64,000 nucleotides of DNA, from NCBI GenBank assembly GCA_036172245.1, contig JAYWIR010000001.1:8122001-8186000 (forward strand). The letters are read 5' to 3'. Positions 63,201 through 64,000 of the stretch are shown one piece after another. Each line of letters starts with the position of its first letter. Positions within the stretch are counted from its first letter, which is position 1. The DNA comes from Raillietiella orientalis (lineage: Eukaryota). The position numbers and the translations under genes are program-made. Below the pieces are notes generated by a model. The model worked only from the letters and a program-made list of their open reading frames with translations, had not been told where the DNA came from and searched no databases.

Positions 63201-64000
63201 CCGCCAAGGGAAGCAATCAGCCGTGCCAACGCACCCTCGACGACCGCTGCCCTACCCCGACTGCTGGGGAACAGGGGACGACCCGAGGAACAGGCGGCGA
63301 CAGCTTCAAAGACCTTGTCCCCACGCTTCCTAGTCGCGCATGCAGCGCCTCGCGCGGTGGTGATGAAAACTAAGGAAATTCCCGAGCCGAAAGGCGCGGA
63401 AGTTTCCGAGGAATGCGGCGAGGGATGGACGGTTGTGGTAAGAAGGAAGAACAAAATTCCAAAAAATTCTCCACAAAGTCCGTCCGTCACGCTCTGCAGA
63501 GCAAGGAAACGACGCATCAGGCAAAACACATGCTGGAAGCCTCCACTTGCAGTGGCGAAAGCCGCCGTCGACACTGCGCGTAGTGCGAAAACTGCCCAAC
63601 GAAAGGGCAAGCAGAAATCCGCTAGCCCTCAGGATGCCACGAGGCCGGTCAAGCGCTTGTCCATCCCACGCCGGTCCGATTGCGACACGGAATACGACTC
63701 TGCCGCCGAGAGGCGTATCACCCGGTCGGAAGCGAATGCTCGGCGCGCGAAAGCGTATAGGCGCGATACGCACTGCGCTAAAGAGCTCGGGCAGTTGTCC
63801 GAAGTAGGAACGCTGGCCTTCTTGCAGCACGGTGGAGGCCGGTGGCACGACCGCGCCCTCCAGCCACTTGTGCTGCTTGCCGTCAGCTCACCGGAGAAAG
63901 CGAGCAAGAAGCCGCCATCTTCGCTGCCGTGATGCGGGGAATCGCGTCTTCTCGTCGTCTGTCGGTCGCGTGTGGGAACGTGAACGGTCTGCAGAACGAC
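60285..64000 (+). mobile_element. Duplicate of LINE 5' half (5' UTR, zinc-knuckle ORF1, start of APE), cut by window edge
   Basis: Mirror of 32504-36219; ORF 62529-63932 is identical in translation to 32572-33975. Confidence 0.9.
60889..62523 (-). mobile_element. Duplicate of nested 5'-truncated LINE
   Basis: Mirror of 33981-35615; ORF 61123-61497 is identical to 35007-35381. Confidence 0.9.

Larger units (their letters stand above)
57872..64000. repeat. Right arm of large inverted duplication (runs off window)
   Basis: Reverse complement of 32504-38632; starts atctgcctccaggaattctcgg versus atctgccgccaggaattcccgg. Confidence 0.97.

Noticed and set aside
32504-64000. Inverted arms as terminal inverted repeats of a giant DNA transposon or Polinton
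   Set aside because: The arms consist of pseudogene and LINE debris, and the spacer shows no recognisable transposase, integrase, polB or capsid gene.

Overview
Eukaryotic, probably animal, repeat-dense DNA with short GT-AG introns. About 18 fragments of an L1/Tx1-type non-LTR retrotransposon family dominate the window; three have readable target-site duplications and show nested insertion. Also present are a tRNA-headed SINE-like family (at least 5 copies), older relics resembling Penelope-like, Ty3/gypsy and CR1/L2-type elements, and a cathepsin L pseudogene split by a 5.1-kb LINE. One intact host gene, missed by the ORF track, can be spliced together: a 9-exon, 365-aa pepsin-family (A1) protein with a probable signal peptide at 51580-56361, in which both catalytic Asp-Thr-Gly motifs are replaced (NSY and VMG), i.e. 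a probable pseudo-protease. It sits in the 19-kb spacer of an apparently perfect inverted duplication of at least 6.1 kb (32504-38632 / 57872-64000). A second inverted duplication (about 11750-12700 / 31000-31950) has an identical core but diverged edges. The LINE family carries two conserved 3'-terminal hairpins, one with compensatory changes. Most ORFs in the track are shadows of decayed repeats. All family assignments are from motif recognition by eye; no searches were run.
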